A DNA stretch of 64,000 bases from contig DFHU01000022.1 of assembly GCA_002373045.1 (NCBI GenBank), forward strand, positions 8,077 to 72,076. Reading direction: 5' to 3'. Made by a program: the position numbers and the translations under genes. This stretch comes from Selenomonas ruminantium. Lineage in GTDB: Bacteria; Bacillota; Negativicutes; Selenomonadales; Selenomonadaceae. This document shows positions 19,719 to 28,556 of the stretch, in pieces. The notes beneath the pieces are model-generated. The model ran no database searches. It worked only from the letters and a program-made list of their open reading frames with translations, and was not told where the DNA came from. Each line of letters opens with the position of its first letter. The stretch's first letter is position 1.

Positions 19719-20770
19719 TGGAAAATATGGAAAATATGCCGGCAGCGGCAGCAGAAAACAACGTTATGGAAACCAATGAGCAGAAACTGGCCCGTCTGGC
19801 TACTGAAATTAACACGATAAAAGCACAGGTGCAGGCGGTGGTACAGAATGCCACACTGGAAATCGGCCAGCGACTGGTTCAGGCGAAAGCGGCTGTACCA
19901 CATGGATTGTGGGGAAAATGGCTTAGTGAGTCTGTGGATTATTCGGAACGTACAGCGCAAATGCTCATAAGCACATTTGAGCGATTCGGCAATGGACAGC
20001 AAAAACTTTTTGGGGCAAGTGTTGACCCGGAGCTGGTAGCGCAGCTCAACCGTTCCCAGCTGTTCACGCTCATGTCCATTAAGAATGAAGATGAGTGTAT
20101 CGCTTTTATGGAGGAACACCGGGAAGACCTGCCGGACATGTCCAAACGAGATTTGGAAAAGGCCATTCGGGAACGTGATCAGGCGCGGCAGGATTTAGAT
20201 GCGTGGCGGACACAATGCGCCGACCTGACCGATAAGGCTGACAAGGCGGCACAAAAGGCAGAAAAGCTCAAGGCAGAACTGGCCAAACTTAAGGCCGACA
20301 CGGCGGCGGGCGGCGAGGAAGTCGAAAAGCTCAAAGCTGAAAACGAAAAATTGCAGAAATCGCTTGACCTGGAAAAAAGCCACGCTGTCGGTTCATATAA
20401 TGATGCCATTGAAGCTCAGCGGCAGCTTTGTGAGGAACGGGCTAAATATGAAGAACAAATCAAGATACTCAAAGAAGCTCAGGAAAATGCTGATAGTGAG
20501 GAATTACATCGGGTGCAGGTAGAGTCAGCAGCTAGGGCCGGGCGGATTAAAGACCTCGAAAAAGAATTGGAGAACCTGAAAAAAGCACAGCCTGCCTCAA
20601 CGGTGGAGATTAGTCAAGGGGAAAAAGACTTTGGCAGGCACTTTGAGAACTGCAAGGCCGAATTTACTGCCCTTATGAATGCCATGGGAACCATACCGGC
20701 AGAAAATCAGGATAAGTGCCGGGGAAAGATGCGTAAAATGCTGGACCTTATGAACCAGCTGATAGGCTAG
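19715..20770 (+). CDS. DUF3102-domain coiled-coil protein
   Basis: EIGQRLVQAKAAVPHGLWGKWL..SERTAQ. Confidence 0.8.
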   Translation: MMENMENMPAAAAENNVMETNEQKLARLATEINTIKAQVQAVVQNATLEIGQRLVQAKAAVPHGLWGKWLSESVDYSERTAQMLISTFERFGNGQQKLFGASVDPELVAQLNRSQLFTLMSIKNEDECIAFMEEHREDLPDMSKRDLEKAIRERDQARQDLDAWRTQCADLTDKADKAAQKAEKLKAELAKLKADTAAGGEEVEKLKAENEKLQKSLDLEKSHAVGSYNDAIEAQRQLCEERAKYEEQIKILKEAQENADSEELHRVQVESAARAGRIKDLEKELENLKKAQPASTVEISQGEKDFGRHFENCKAEFTALMNAMGTIPAENQDKCRGKMRKMLDLMNQLIG

Positions 20771-20789
20771 AAAATGGAGGCGTTTTCAA

Positions 20790-21368
20790 ATGGGAAATTT
20801 TGCAAAGCAGATGAAGCGCAAGCAGCTGCAGAAATCCAATAAGGGAGCAGCTCAGGTCATGAGACAAGCCGGCAGGGCAGATAAGCAGGTAATGACCGCC
20901 TATGAACGGCAGAATGTTACTGATATGCTCACTGAAATAAATACGGCTCGAGATTTAACGATTATTTTCTTTGTGGCAGCACATCGAATCTTTGGATTCG
21001 CTGGAAAACGGCTCAAGCGGCTAGTAGAAAAGATGGGGTCACATATCGAGTGTATCCGGCAGGGCTATGTCACGGTGAGAGATATTGAGAAAATCCTTGA
21101 GGAAGAGGCCCACATGGTCATTGACCATAAGGACATAAAGAAGGTTTCCCGTACCCGTTCCATAAAATGGAGGGTACAGGGAGAAATGACAGCAGCCTTC
21201 CTGATTTCATTATTGGATGGTTGGGGATATAAGAAGGTACGGTTGGAGCGAGTGTATGAAGAAGCTGCCCGGATTGCAGACGGGCTTGCCACAAAAGAAT
21301 TTACCATGGAAGATTTGAAAGAACTACTGACAGGTGAAGCTCACTATACAAACGAGGCAGTGGCATGA
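20790..21368 (+). CDS. Hypothetical phage protein with internal duplication
   Basis: HRIFGFAGKRLKRL / DGWGYKKVRLERV repeats. Confidence 0.7.
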   Translation: MGNFAKQMKRKQLQKSNKGAAQVMRQAGRADKQVMTAYERQNVTDMLTEINTARDLTIIFFVAAHRIFGFAGKRLKRLVEKMGSHIECIRQGYVTVRDIEKILEEEAHMVIDHKDIKKVSRTRSIKWRVQGEMTAAFLISLLDGWGYKKVRLERVYEEAARIADGLATKEFTMEDLKELLTGEAHYTNEAVA

Positions 21369-21391
21369 TGGTTAAATAATCAGGAGGAAAT

Positions 21392-21919
21392 ATGATGGAT
21401 AAGAAAACACTGATAGACAAGGTAAAAGAATGTGAAGCCTTTGAGACAGAAAATAGAATGGGGAAAATTTACGAAGCCAGAGCAAAGGCCAAAGCAATAC
21501 AGGAAGCAGAAAGAAAGTCTTTTGAAGAATATAACAGAGGATTCATAGATGGCTTTCAGGATGGCTACGGCAGCGCTGTTGATGCGTTGGAAGATACGCT
21601 TAGAAACTGTGATGGTGAGGTGGAGGCTGAAAAAAGCGAAGCGCCCAGCAATGACCTGCCTTTGCCGGTAGTGAGAGTTGGGAATAGAGAAATGAAACGC
21701 TGCAGTACAGTTGATTGGCTGGCCAAGGTAATAGAAGAAGTAAGCGAAGTAGGAACGGCAAAAAATGAGCCATGTATGGTTGAAGAGATAGCTGATTTTA
21801 TAACCGTAGGCATATCATGGCTGAACGCTCTGGGCTATAACGAGCAAGCCAGAGCAAAGATTTTTCGGGCGGTTAATGCCAAGAACCGGGCCAGAGGCTA
21901 TTTAGGTGATAAATCATGA
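21392..21919 (+). CDS. Protein with C-terminal MazG-like domain
   Basis: KVIEEVSEV..EEIAD..KNRARGY. Confidence 0.55.
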   Translation: MMDKKTLIDKVKECEAFETENRMGKIYEARAKAKAIQEAERKSFEEYNRGFIDGFQDGYGSAVDALEDTLRNCDGEVEAEKSEAPSNDLPLPVVRVGNREMKRCSTVDWLAKVIEEVSEVGTAKNEPCMVEEIADFITVGISWLNALGYNEQARAKIFRAVNAKNRARGYLGDKS

Positions 21920-22083
21920 GCAAAATGCGAAGGCGAATTTTAGGGCACACGGAAACGATGGGCTATACAAAGTTGGAGAGCCTTGACTGGTGTCTGCGGA
22001 CAATCAACCGCAAACGGCGTGTTATAGGTAAGGCGGAACTCAGAAAGAGGCTGGCCAAGGATTTAGCAAAGGTAAAGGAATGA
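21916..22083 (+). CDS. Small basic hypothetical protein
   Basis: AGGTG RBS, ATGA overlap. Confidence 0.45.
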   Translation: MSKMRRRILGHTETMGYTKLESLDWCLRTINRKRRVIGKAELRKRLAKDLAKVKE

Positions 22084-22102
22084 CGGATGAAGAGTTGGGG
22101 AC

Positions 22103-22519
22103 GTGAAGAAGATGAAGAAAATTAAGACTAATATGTGTGATTGCTGCAAAGAAATTTGGAATCAATGCAATATCAGTGAAGTAAGTTTGGGAGAACGCAG
22201 CCTCTATTTATGCCCAGATTGTTTTAAGGAATTTAAAGCTCTAACGAATCTACCAGAATCCTATCTGATGATTTCAGAGTTTGAAAAAGACAATGATGAA
22301 AGAAGAGTTGACGTCAAAATTAAAAATTTGACCGTAGAAGATATTTGCTTTTCGGTTGGTGCGTTATTGAGGGAAATAACTGAAGAAAATTTCGATAATA
22401 AATTAGAGAGGCTGTTTTTCAAATTGCAAGCCGTACAAGATATTTGTACAATGCTCGATTTGAAACCAATAGCAAAAAGTATTGAAAATGCAATAAATCA
22501 AGCAAAGAAACTGCAATAA
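22103..22519 (+). CDS. Hypothetical Cys-motif protein (AT-rich)
   Basis: CDCC..LCPDC; followed by terminator near 22532-22558. Confidence 0.6.
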   Translation: MKKMKKIKTNMCDCCKEIWNQCNISEVSLGERSLYLCPDCFKEFKALTNLPESYLMISEFEKDNDERRVDVKIKNLTVEDICFSVGALLREITEENFDNKLERLFFKLQAVQDICTMLDLKPIAKSIENAINQAKKLQ

Positions 22520-22616
22520 AATATTTTTGTAGCGGGCGGCGCATAACCGCCCGTTTTTGCTGTGTTCTTCAAGATAATGTGGTAAAATAATAACAGAGGT
22601 TTAGGGAGGGCACATC

Positions 22617-23132
22617 ATGGAGAGTAAAAAGAAATACAAGAATTTTATTCAGACCACAAGAAGCTATCTGAAGCATTTACGACAGTTTCGGATAGCGACG
22701 GAGAACATGCGAGAACAGCTGGCCCTTTGGCGTAAGGAATTGCAGGACATCGATGCTTTTATAGCGGCGCCCATTGCGCAGTATGGGGGCGGCACGGGAC
22801 ATGGGACGGCAGAATTAAACAGCGTGGAAGCTGCTGCTGCCCGTCGTGAAAAGTTGCTTCCCTGCATTGAACGCACTGAAAAAGAACTGGATAAGGTGGA
22901 GCATATCATCAATACTATAGGCAGATCCATGACGGTGCTAGATACAGAAGAATTGCTGCTGCTGGAAGGCCATTACATAAAGGGTCAAAGCTGGCGTGAG
23001 ATATCGGATAACCTGTATATTTCCGAGAAGTGGGCGGCTGAAAAAGGCGGCAGGGCCATCAAGAAACTGGCAGAAGCAATGTTTGCGGATATGGTCAGCA
23101 GACACCAGCTTTCCTTCATATTTGCAAGCTGA
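22617..23132 (+). CDS. RinA/ArpU-like late transcriptional activator
   Basis: C-terminal LLEGHYIKGQSWREIS..LYISE HTH; position just before terS. Confidence 0.75.
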   Translation: MESKKKYKNFIQTTRSYLKHLRQFRIATENMREQLALWRKELQDIDAFIAAPIAQYGGGTGHGTAELNSVEAAAARREKLLPCIERTEKELDKVEHIINTIGRSMTVLDTEELLLLEGHYIKGQSWREISDNLYISEKWAAEKGGRAIKKLAEAMFADMVSRHQLSFIFAS

Positions 23133-23133
23133 C

Positions 23134-23218
23134 TGTGGATAACTTATGAAATCTGTGGATGAAACAGGAAAATCACAGGAAAACAACAGGAAAAAAGTAC
23201 GGAAAACCGATGTATAAT
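23134..23218 (+). promoter_or_regulatory. Late promoter: DnaA-box pair, 11-bp-period ACAGGAAAA repeats, TGTATAAT
   Basis: TGTGGATAA 23134; ACAGGAAAA at 23164, 23175, 23186; -10 at 23213. Confidence 0.65.
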
Positions 23219-23477
23219 AGTATCATAAAGTTTTGGGCAAAAGCCCGAGACTCCCACTTAAATCCTCTAAATTGGAAAATTCCCCTAAGAAGACGGCGAA
23301 GCTATAAGCTAGCCGCCTTTTACTTTGATATAGGCAGGACGAGCACTTTGCAGATTTGCAGAGTGCTTTTTTGATGGGCATAACCGCAACCGGGCGCGGA
23401 TTTGTGGATTGATGGCAAATTCGCCGCCTGGTGGGCGGCTGGAAAGGATGATTTTTGTATGGGCGGTGGTGGATGAT

Positions 23478-24005
23478 GTGAAGGAACAGAAACTAACGGC
23501 GCGGCAAAGCCTCTTTGTAAATTATTACATCGAGACAGGCAACGCTACAGAGGCCGCTCGCCGGGCTGGATACAGCGAGAAGTATGCCAACACCAACGCT
23601 GGAAAAATACTACAAAATACTACAATCAAAAAGGCCATCACCGCGCGGATGAAGCAGCGAGAGAAGAAAAGCATTGCCAAAGCCGATGAGGTGCTGGCAT
23701 TTCTTACAAAGGTTTTGCGTGGGCAGGTAAAAGATGAGCAGATAGTAGTGTTAGGCACTGGCGGAGGGAAAAGCCGGGCCGTCAAGGAGGAAGTGAAGGT
23801 TTCTTCCCGGGACAGGCTAAAGGCGGCAGAGCAGCTGCTCAAACGGTACCCAGCTACGCTGGATAAGGCCGAACAGAAAGCACGCATTAAGAAGCTGGAA
23901 GCCGACCTCAAAGCTATGGAGGCAGAAAAGGCGGTAGCGGCTGATGATGTGGTAATCGTAGATGATTGGATGTGTGAGAATGACAACGAAAATACATCTT
24001 CCTGA
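23478..24005 (+). CDS. terS: Terminase small subunit
   Basis: LTARQSLFVNYYIETGNATEAARRAGYS..ADEVLAFLT..DRLKAAEQL. Confidence 0.92.
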   Translation: MKEQKLTARQSLFVNYYIETGNATEAARRAGYSEKYANTNAGKILQNTTIKKAITARMKQREKKSIAKADEVLAFLTKVLRGQVKDEQIVVLGTGGGKSRAVKEEVKVSSRDRLKAAEQLLKRYPATLDKAEQKARIKKLEADLKAMEAEKAVAADDVVIVDDWMCENDNENTSS

Positions 24006-25227
24006 TATTGTGGCACCGCATTTCAAGGAGCTCCATATAGATATTCAGAAACATGGCCATACATTCTATTGGGAAGAAGGCGGCCGGGGTTCCACAAAAT
24101 CATCCCATATAAGCGTGGAAATACCCTTGCTCCTGCTCAAACACCCAAACTGTCACGCTGTTATCCTGCGCAAGGTCGGGAATACCATCAAAAACAGCGT
24201 ATATCCGCAGATGCAATGGGCAATTGATAAGCTGGGACTAACAAGCCGGTTCAAGTTCAAAACAAGCCCCCACGAAATCACCTACAAAAAGACAGGCCAA
24301 AAGATTCTTTTCATGGGCGTGGATGATCCACAAAAAATCAAGTCGATAAAACTGCCTTTTGGCTATATCGGGATTTGCTGGTGTGAGGAGCTTGACCAGT
24401 TCGATGGCATGGAGGAAATCCGAAACCTCAATCAGTCGCTTTTGCGTGGCGGCGATGCGTATTGGTGGTTTGGTTCATTCAATCCGCCCAAAAGTCAAAA
24501 CAACTGGGTCAATGAGGAGAAACTACTGGAGGACGCTGACCGGCTTATCCATCATTCAGATTATCGAGGAGTACCAGTCGAATGGTTAGGGCAGCGTTTC
24601 ATTGATGAGGCAGAAAAGCTCAAAGCCAAGAACCTGCGCAGTTATGAACATGAATATCTGGGGAAAGTCACCGGCACGGGCGGCGCTGTCTTTGAGAATG
24701 TCGAAGATATGGAAATGACCGACGAGCAGTTAAGTCAATTTGACCGGCTATATTATGGGCTTGACTACGGCTTTGCAGTTGACCCTTTGGCATTTCTTTG
24801 TATCTACTATGATTCAAAGCATGAGGATGTGTATATCTTTGATGAGATATACCAGCAGAAACTTTCAAACAGTAAGGCCGTGGAGCTGATAAAGCCGAAA
24901 GCGGCTTTTAGGCGAGTAATTGCCGATTCTGCTGAACCTAAGAGCATTGCTGAAATGCGAGGCATGGGGCTGAATATTACAGGGGCGCGAAAGGGGCCTG
25001 ATTCCGTAGACCATGGCATTAAGTGGCTGCAGGATAGGGCGCACATCTACATCGACAAGCGCCGGTGCCCGAACACCTATAAGGAATTTGTCATGTATGA
25101 GTATGAGAAAAACCGTCAGGGGCAATTTATCAGCGCCTACCCGGACGCTAATAACCATGCGATAGACGCTGCACGCTACGGGTTGAGCGAAGCTATGCGG
25201 GCGGGTGGCGTGAGAGTATTCAAGTAA
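23980..25227 (+). CDS. terL: PBSX-family terminase large subunit
   Basis: GGRGSTKSS, CEELDQF, GLDYGFAVDP, ADSAEPKSI, NHAIDAARY. Confidence 0.95.
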   Translation: MTTKIHLPDIVAPHFKELHIDIQKHGHTFYWEEGGRGSTKSSHISVEIPLLLLKHPNCHAVILRKVGNTIKNSVYPQMQWAIDKLGLTSRFKFKTSPHEITYKKTGQKILFMGVDDPQKIKSIKLPFGYIGICWCEELDQFDGMEEIRNLNQSLLRGGDAYWWFGSFNPPKSQNNWVNEEKLLEDADRLIHHSDYRGVPVEWLGQRFIDEAEKLKAKNLRSYEHEYLGKVTGTGGAVFENVEDMEMTDEQLSQFDRLYYGLDYGFAVDPLAFLCIYYDSKHEDVYIFDEIYQQKLSNSKAVELIKPKAAFRRVIADSAEPKSIAEMRGMGLNITGARKGPDSVDHGIKWLQDRAHIYIDKRRCPNTYKEFVMYEYEKNRQGQFISAYPDANNHAIDAARYGLSEAMRAGGVRVFK

Positions 25228-25239
25228 GGAGGTGAGTGA

Positions 25240-26646
25240 ATGGAAATTGAAGCAGCCAAAAAGCTGATTGATAAGTATATACAGGGCCATGCTGATTTTA
25301 TGGCGCGGGCGGCTGAAGGGGAAAGATATTATCGTGTACAAAACGACATTATATTTCGCAAGCCAAAACATAAGGATGACACCCGGCAGGCAGAAAATCC
25401 CCTGCGGAATGCGGATAACAAAATACCGTTTTCCTTCTACCAGCTATTAGTCAATCAGAAAGCCGGCTATATGTTCACAGCTCCGCCGCTGTTCGATACA
25501 GGCAGCGAAGCGTTGAACAAAGCCGTAGCGGAGGCCTTGGGCGATAGATACGCGCAGAAGGTAAAAGAACTGTGTATCAATGCCAGTAATGCGGGGGTAG
25601 CGTGGCTGCATTACTGGATAGATGAGCAGAAGGGATTTTGCTATGGCGTTGTCCCTAGTTTTCAGATTGTGCCGGTATGGAGCCGCAAGCTGGATAAAAA
25701 GCTGTTAGCCGTCTTGCGTGTATATAAAGACTTCGACGAGAACGGTGACGAGTGGGACATATACGAGTATTGGACAGATACCGCATGTGAAGCTTTCCGG
25801 AAACGTGGGGCAGACAGTTTTGATGATCTGACCTATTGCCCCATGTTTACAGATTTCTACACGGCCGGGCTGACCGATGCAGAGAACAGGATGATACACA
25901 ACTTCGGACGGGTGCCATTTATCCCCTTCTTCAACAATAACATTGCCACCCGTGACCTCGATGCGGTGAAGGGGCTTATCGACACCTACGACAAGACCTT
26001 CAGCGGCTTTGTGGACGATTTGGAGGATATACAGGAGGTTATCCTGGTACTAACCAATTACGGCGGGCAGGATATGAAGCAATTCCTGTCAGACCTCAAA
26101 TATTACAAATCCATACAGGTTGATTCTGCTGGAGATGGTGACAAGAGCGGCGTTTCCACCCTCAACATCGATATCCCGGTGGAAGCACGGGACAAACTGC
26201 TGGAGCTGACCCGCAAAGCTATCTTTGATACCGGGCAGGGCATTGATCCGCAGCAACAGGGGCTGGATTCAACCAGTGGCGAGGCCATGAAGTTTTTATA
26301 TGCTTTGCTGGAGATTAAAGCAGGGCTTATGGAGACTGAATTTAAGATAGGGCTTGCCGAACTTGTCCGGGCCATTTGTCGTGTACATGGGCAGGAGCCT
26401 GGGCAAATTGTCCAGACATGGACACGCACCAGCATCCGCAATGATGCAGAACTGGCCTCCATGTGCTCTGATTCAGTGGGGGTTATCTCCAAGAAAACCA
26501 TCATCAAGAACCATCCGTTTGTGGAGGATGCCGAAAAGGAACTCGAACAAATCGAAAAAGAAAGGCAGGCAGAAATGGAAGCGGCCAATATCTACGGCAA
26601 TGACCTGCTGGATGACGATAAGAAAGGAGGTGACGAAGATGTATGA
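25240..26646 (+). CDS. SPP1-type portal protein
   Basis: LLVNQKAGYMF, HNFGRVPFIPFFNN, SGEAMKFLY. Confidence 0.93.
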   Translation: MEIEAAKKLIDKYIQGHADFMARAAEGERYYRVQNDIIFRKPKHKDDTRQAENPLRNADNKIPFSFYQLLVNQKAGYMFTAPPLFDTGSEALNKAVAEALGDRYAQKVKELCINASNAGVAWLHYWIDEQKGFCYGVVPSFQIVPVWSRKLDKKLLAVLRVYKDFDENGDEWDIYEYWTDTACEAFRKRGADSFDDLTYCPMFTDFYTAGLTDAENRMIHNFGRVPFIPFFNNNIATRDLDAVKGLIDTYDKTFSGFVDDLEDIQEVILVLTNYGGQDMKQFLSDLKYYKSIQVDSAGDGDKSGVSTLNIDIPVEARDKLLELTRKAIFDTGQGIDPQQQGLDSTSGEAMKFLYALLEIKAGLMETEFKIGLAELVRAICRVHGQEPGQIVQTWTRTSIRNDAELASMCSDSVGVISKKTIIKNHPFVEDAEKELEQIEKERQAEMEAANIYGNDLLDDDKKGGDEDV

Positions 26647-26821
26647 GATGCTTTGTGCTTATGCCAAAAAGTTCGGGAAGGATTTCCCGATTTCGGCGGT
26701 AATGGGAAATTCCAATGAAAACGGCGTAATTCAGTTGGTGCAGAAATGCATTAACGAAGGCAAACCATTCAAGAAGCCTGCAGAGGAAAAAACGAAACCG
26801 GATGCGGATGCGGAGAAATAA
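26639..26821 (+). CDS. Small hypothetical protein (60 aa)
   Basis: AGGAGGTG RBS; MYEMLCAYAKKFGKDFP. Confidence 0.65.
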   Translation: MYEMLCAYAKKFGKDFPISAVMGNSNENGVIQLVQKCINEGKPFKKPAEEKTKPDADAEK

Positions 26822-26881
26822 TAACAAAACTCCGATTCGTGGACAGGTAACCACGTAAAAAACCGGATAGGAGAGAAAAAT

Positions 26882-27514
26882 ATGACAATCAAAGAACTGC
26901 TTAAAAATATCGGTGTGGCCGATGACAAGATGGACGCAGCTGAAAAAGCTGTGAAAGATTACCTCGATGGGGAGTTTGTAACAAAGGCTCGTTTCAACGA
27001 GGTCAACGAGTCGAAAAAGTCGCTGACTGACCAGCTGGCAGAACGTGACAAGCAGCTGACCGCCTTGAAGAAATCCGCCGGCGATAATGAGGGGCTTAAA
27101 AAGGAGATTGAAACTTTGCAGGCCGCCAACAAACAGCAGAAAGCAGATTTTGAGGCACAGGCTAAGGCACTGAAAATCGATACGGCTATCAAGCTGGCCA
27201 TTGCTGACAGTGCGCAGGATACCGATATTGTAGCAGGCCTTATCGATAAGGCAAAAGTCATCTTAGGTGAAGATGGAAAAGTCGCCGGATTGACCGAACA
27301 GGTTGAGGCTCTCAAGAAGGATAAAGCGTTCCTTTTCAAGAGCACACAGCCGGGCGGCAATCCGCAGTATAACCCGAATGGCGGAGGTAATAATCCGCCC
27401 GCCGCTAATCCGTTCAAGAAAGAGACCTTCAATCTGACGGAGCAGGGCAAGATGTTCAGAGAAAACCCCGAACAGGCGCGTGCTATGGCCGCCGAAGCTG
27501 GGGTGACGATTTAA
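26882..27514 (+). CDS. Capsid scaffolding protein (GP20-like)
   Basis: FVTKARFNEVNE..GLTEQVEALKK..FLF..NPFKKETFNLTEQ. Confidence 0.88.
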   Translation: MTIKELLKNIGVADDKMDAAEKAVKDYLDGEFVTKARFNEVNESKKSLTDQLAERDKQLTALKKSAGDNEGLKKEIETLQAANKQQKADFEAQAKALKIDTAIKLAIADSAQDTDIVAGLIDKAKVILGEDGKVAGLTEQVEALKKDKAFLFKSTQPGGNPQYNPNGGGNNPPAANPFKKETFNLTEQGKMFRENPEQARAMAAEAGVTI

Positions 27515-27529
27515 GGAGGAATTATAATT

Positions 27530-28516
27530 ATGGGTACTACTTTAGCTGATGTTATTGCTCCTGAGCTTTTTACGCCGTACACGGTGCAGAAAACCATGGA
27601 ACTGTCCGCGCTCTTCAATAGCGGCATTGTTACGCACTCTCCGGAATTTGACCGGCTGGCCAGTGAAGCGGCGCCGGTTCATAATATGCCGTTCTTTGAA
27701 GATTTGACCGGTGATTCTGAAAATGTGGTTGAAGGTGCTGACCTGACTGCTGCAAAGATTACCAGCAAGAAAGATGTTTCCGCGACTATCCGCCGCGCTA
27801 AGGCATGGAGCGCCACCGACCTTTCGGCAGCGCTGGCAGGTAAAGACCCCATGGCCGCTATTGGTTCCCTTGTGGCAGGCTTTTGGGCGCGCGATATGCA
27901 GAAAGAGCTCATCAATACCCTCAATGGCGTGTTCGGCTCCTATACGGATGGCAGCGACACTGTGACCCCGCTGGAAGATCACATTTTAGATATTTCCGGC
28001 AAAAGCGGTGATACGGGCAAGATTTCCGCGTCGGCGTTCATTGATGCCTGCCAGCTTTTGGGTGATGCTCAGGGGCAGCTCACCGCAGTTGCTATGCACT
28101 CTGCAACCAAGGCATTTTTGAAGAAACAGAACCTCATTCAGACGCAGCGAGATTCCACAAGCGTGGAATTTGACACCTATCAGGGCCGCCGCGTTATCGT
28201 CGATGATGGCTGCCCGGTAGCGAATGGTGTATACACCACATACCTTTTTGGTAACGGCGCTATTGCATACGGCAACGGCTCCCCGGAGGGCTTTGTACCG
28301 ACCGAACTTGACCGCGAGAAGCGCAAAGGTTCCGGTGTTGATTACCTCATCAACCGCAAGACCTTTATCCTGCATCCGCGTGGAATTAAATTCACCGGCG
28401 CAGTTCGTGCTAATCAGGAAACTGTAAGCCGTGCAGAACTGGCCAATGCGAAGAACTGGGAGCGTGTTTACGAGCCGAAAGCTATCCGCATGGTATGTTT
28501 CAAACATAAGATTTAA
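27530..28516 (+). CDS. Major capsid protein
   Basis: TTLADVIAPELF, NMPFFEDL, MHSAT, VIVDD, ILHPRGIKF. Confidence 0.9.
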   Translation: MGTTLADVIAPELFTPYTVQKTMELSALFNSGIVTHSPEFDRLASEAAPVHNMPFFEDLTGDSENVVEGADLTAAKITSKKDVSATIRRAKAWSATDLSAALAGKDPMAAIGSLVAGFWARDMQKELINTLNGVFGSYTDGSDTVTPLEDHILDISGKSGDTGKISASAFIDACQLLGDAQGQLTAVAMHSATKAFLKKQNLIQTQRDSTSVEFDTYQGRRVIVDDGCPVANGVYTTYLFGNGAIAYGNGSPEGFVPTELDREKRKGSGVDYLINRKTFILHPRGIKFTGAVRANQETVSRAELANAKNWERVYEPKAIRMVCFKHKI

Positions 28517-28556
28517 CCTGTGGCAGCTTGCCGTATAGAGGGGTGAACTTTGGAAG

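Noticed and set aside
23164-23206. CRISPR-like array
   Set aside because: 9-bp repeats with 2-bp spacers; these fit activator binding sites
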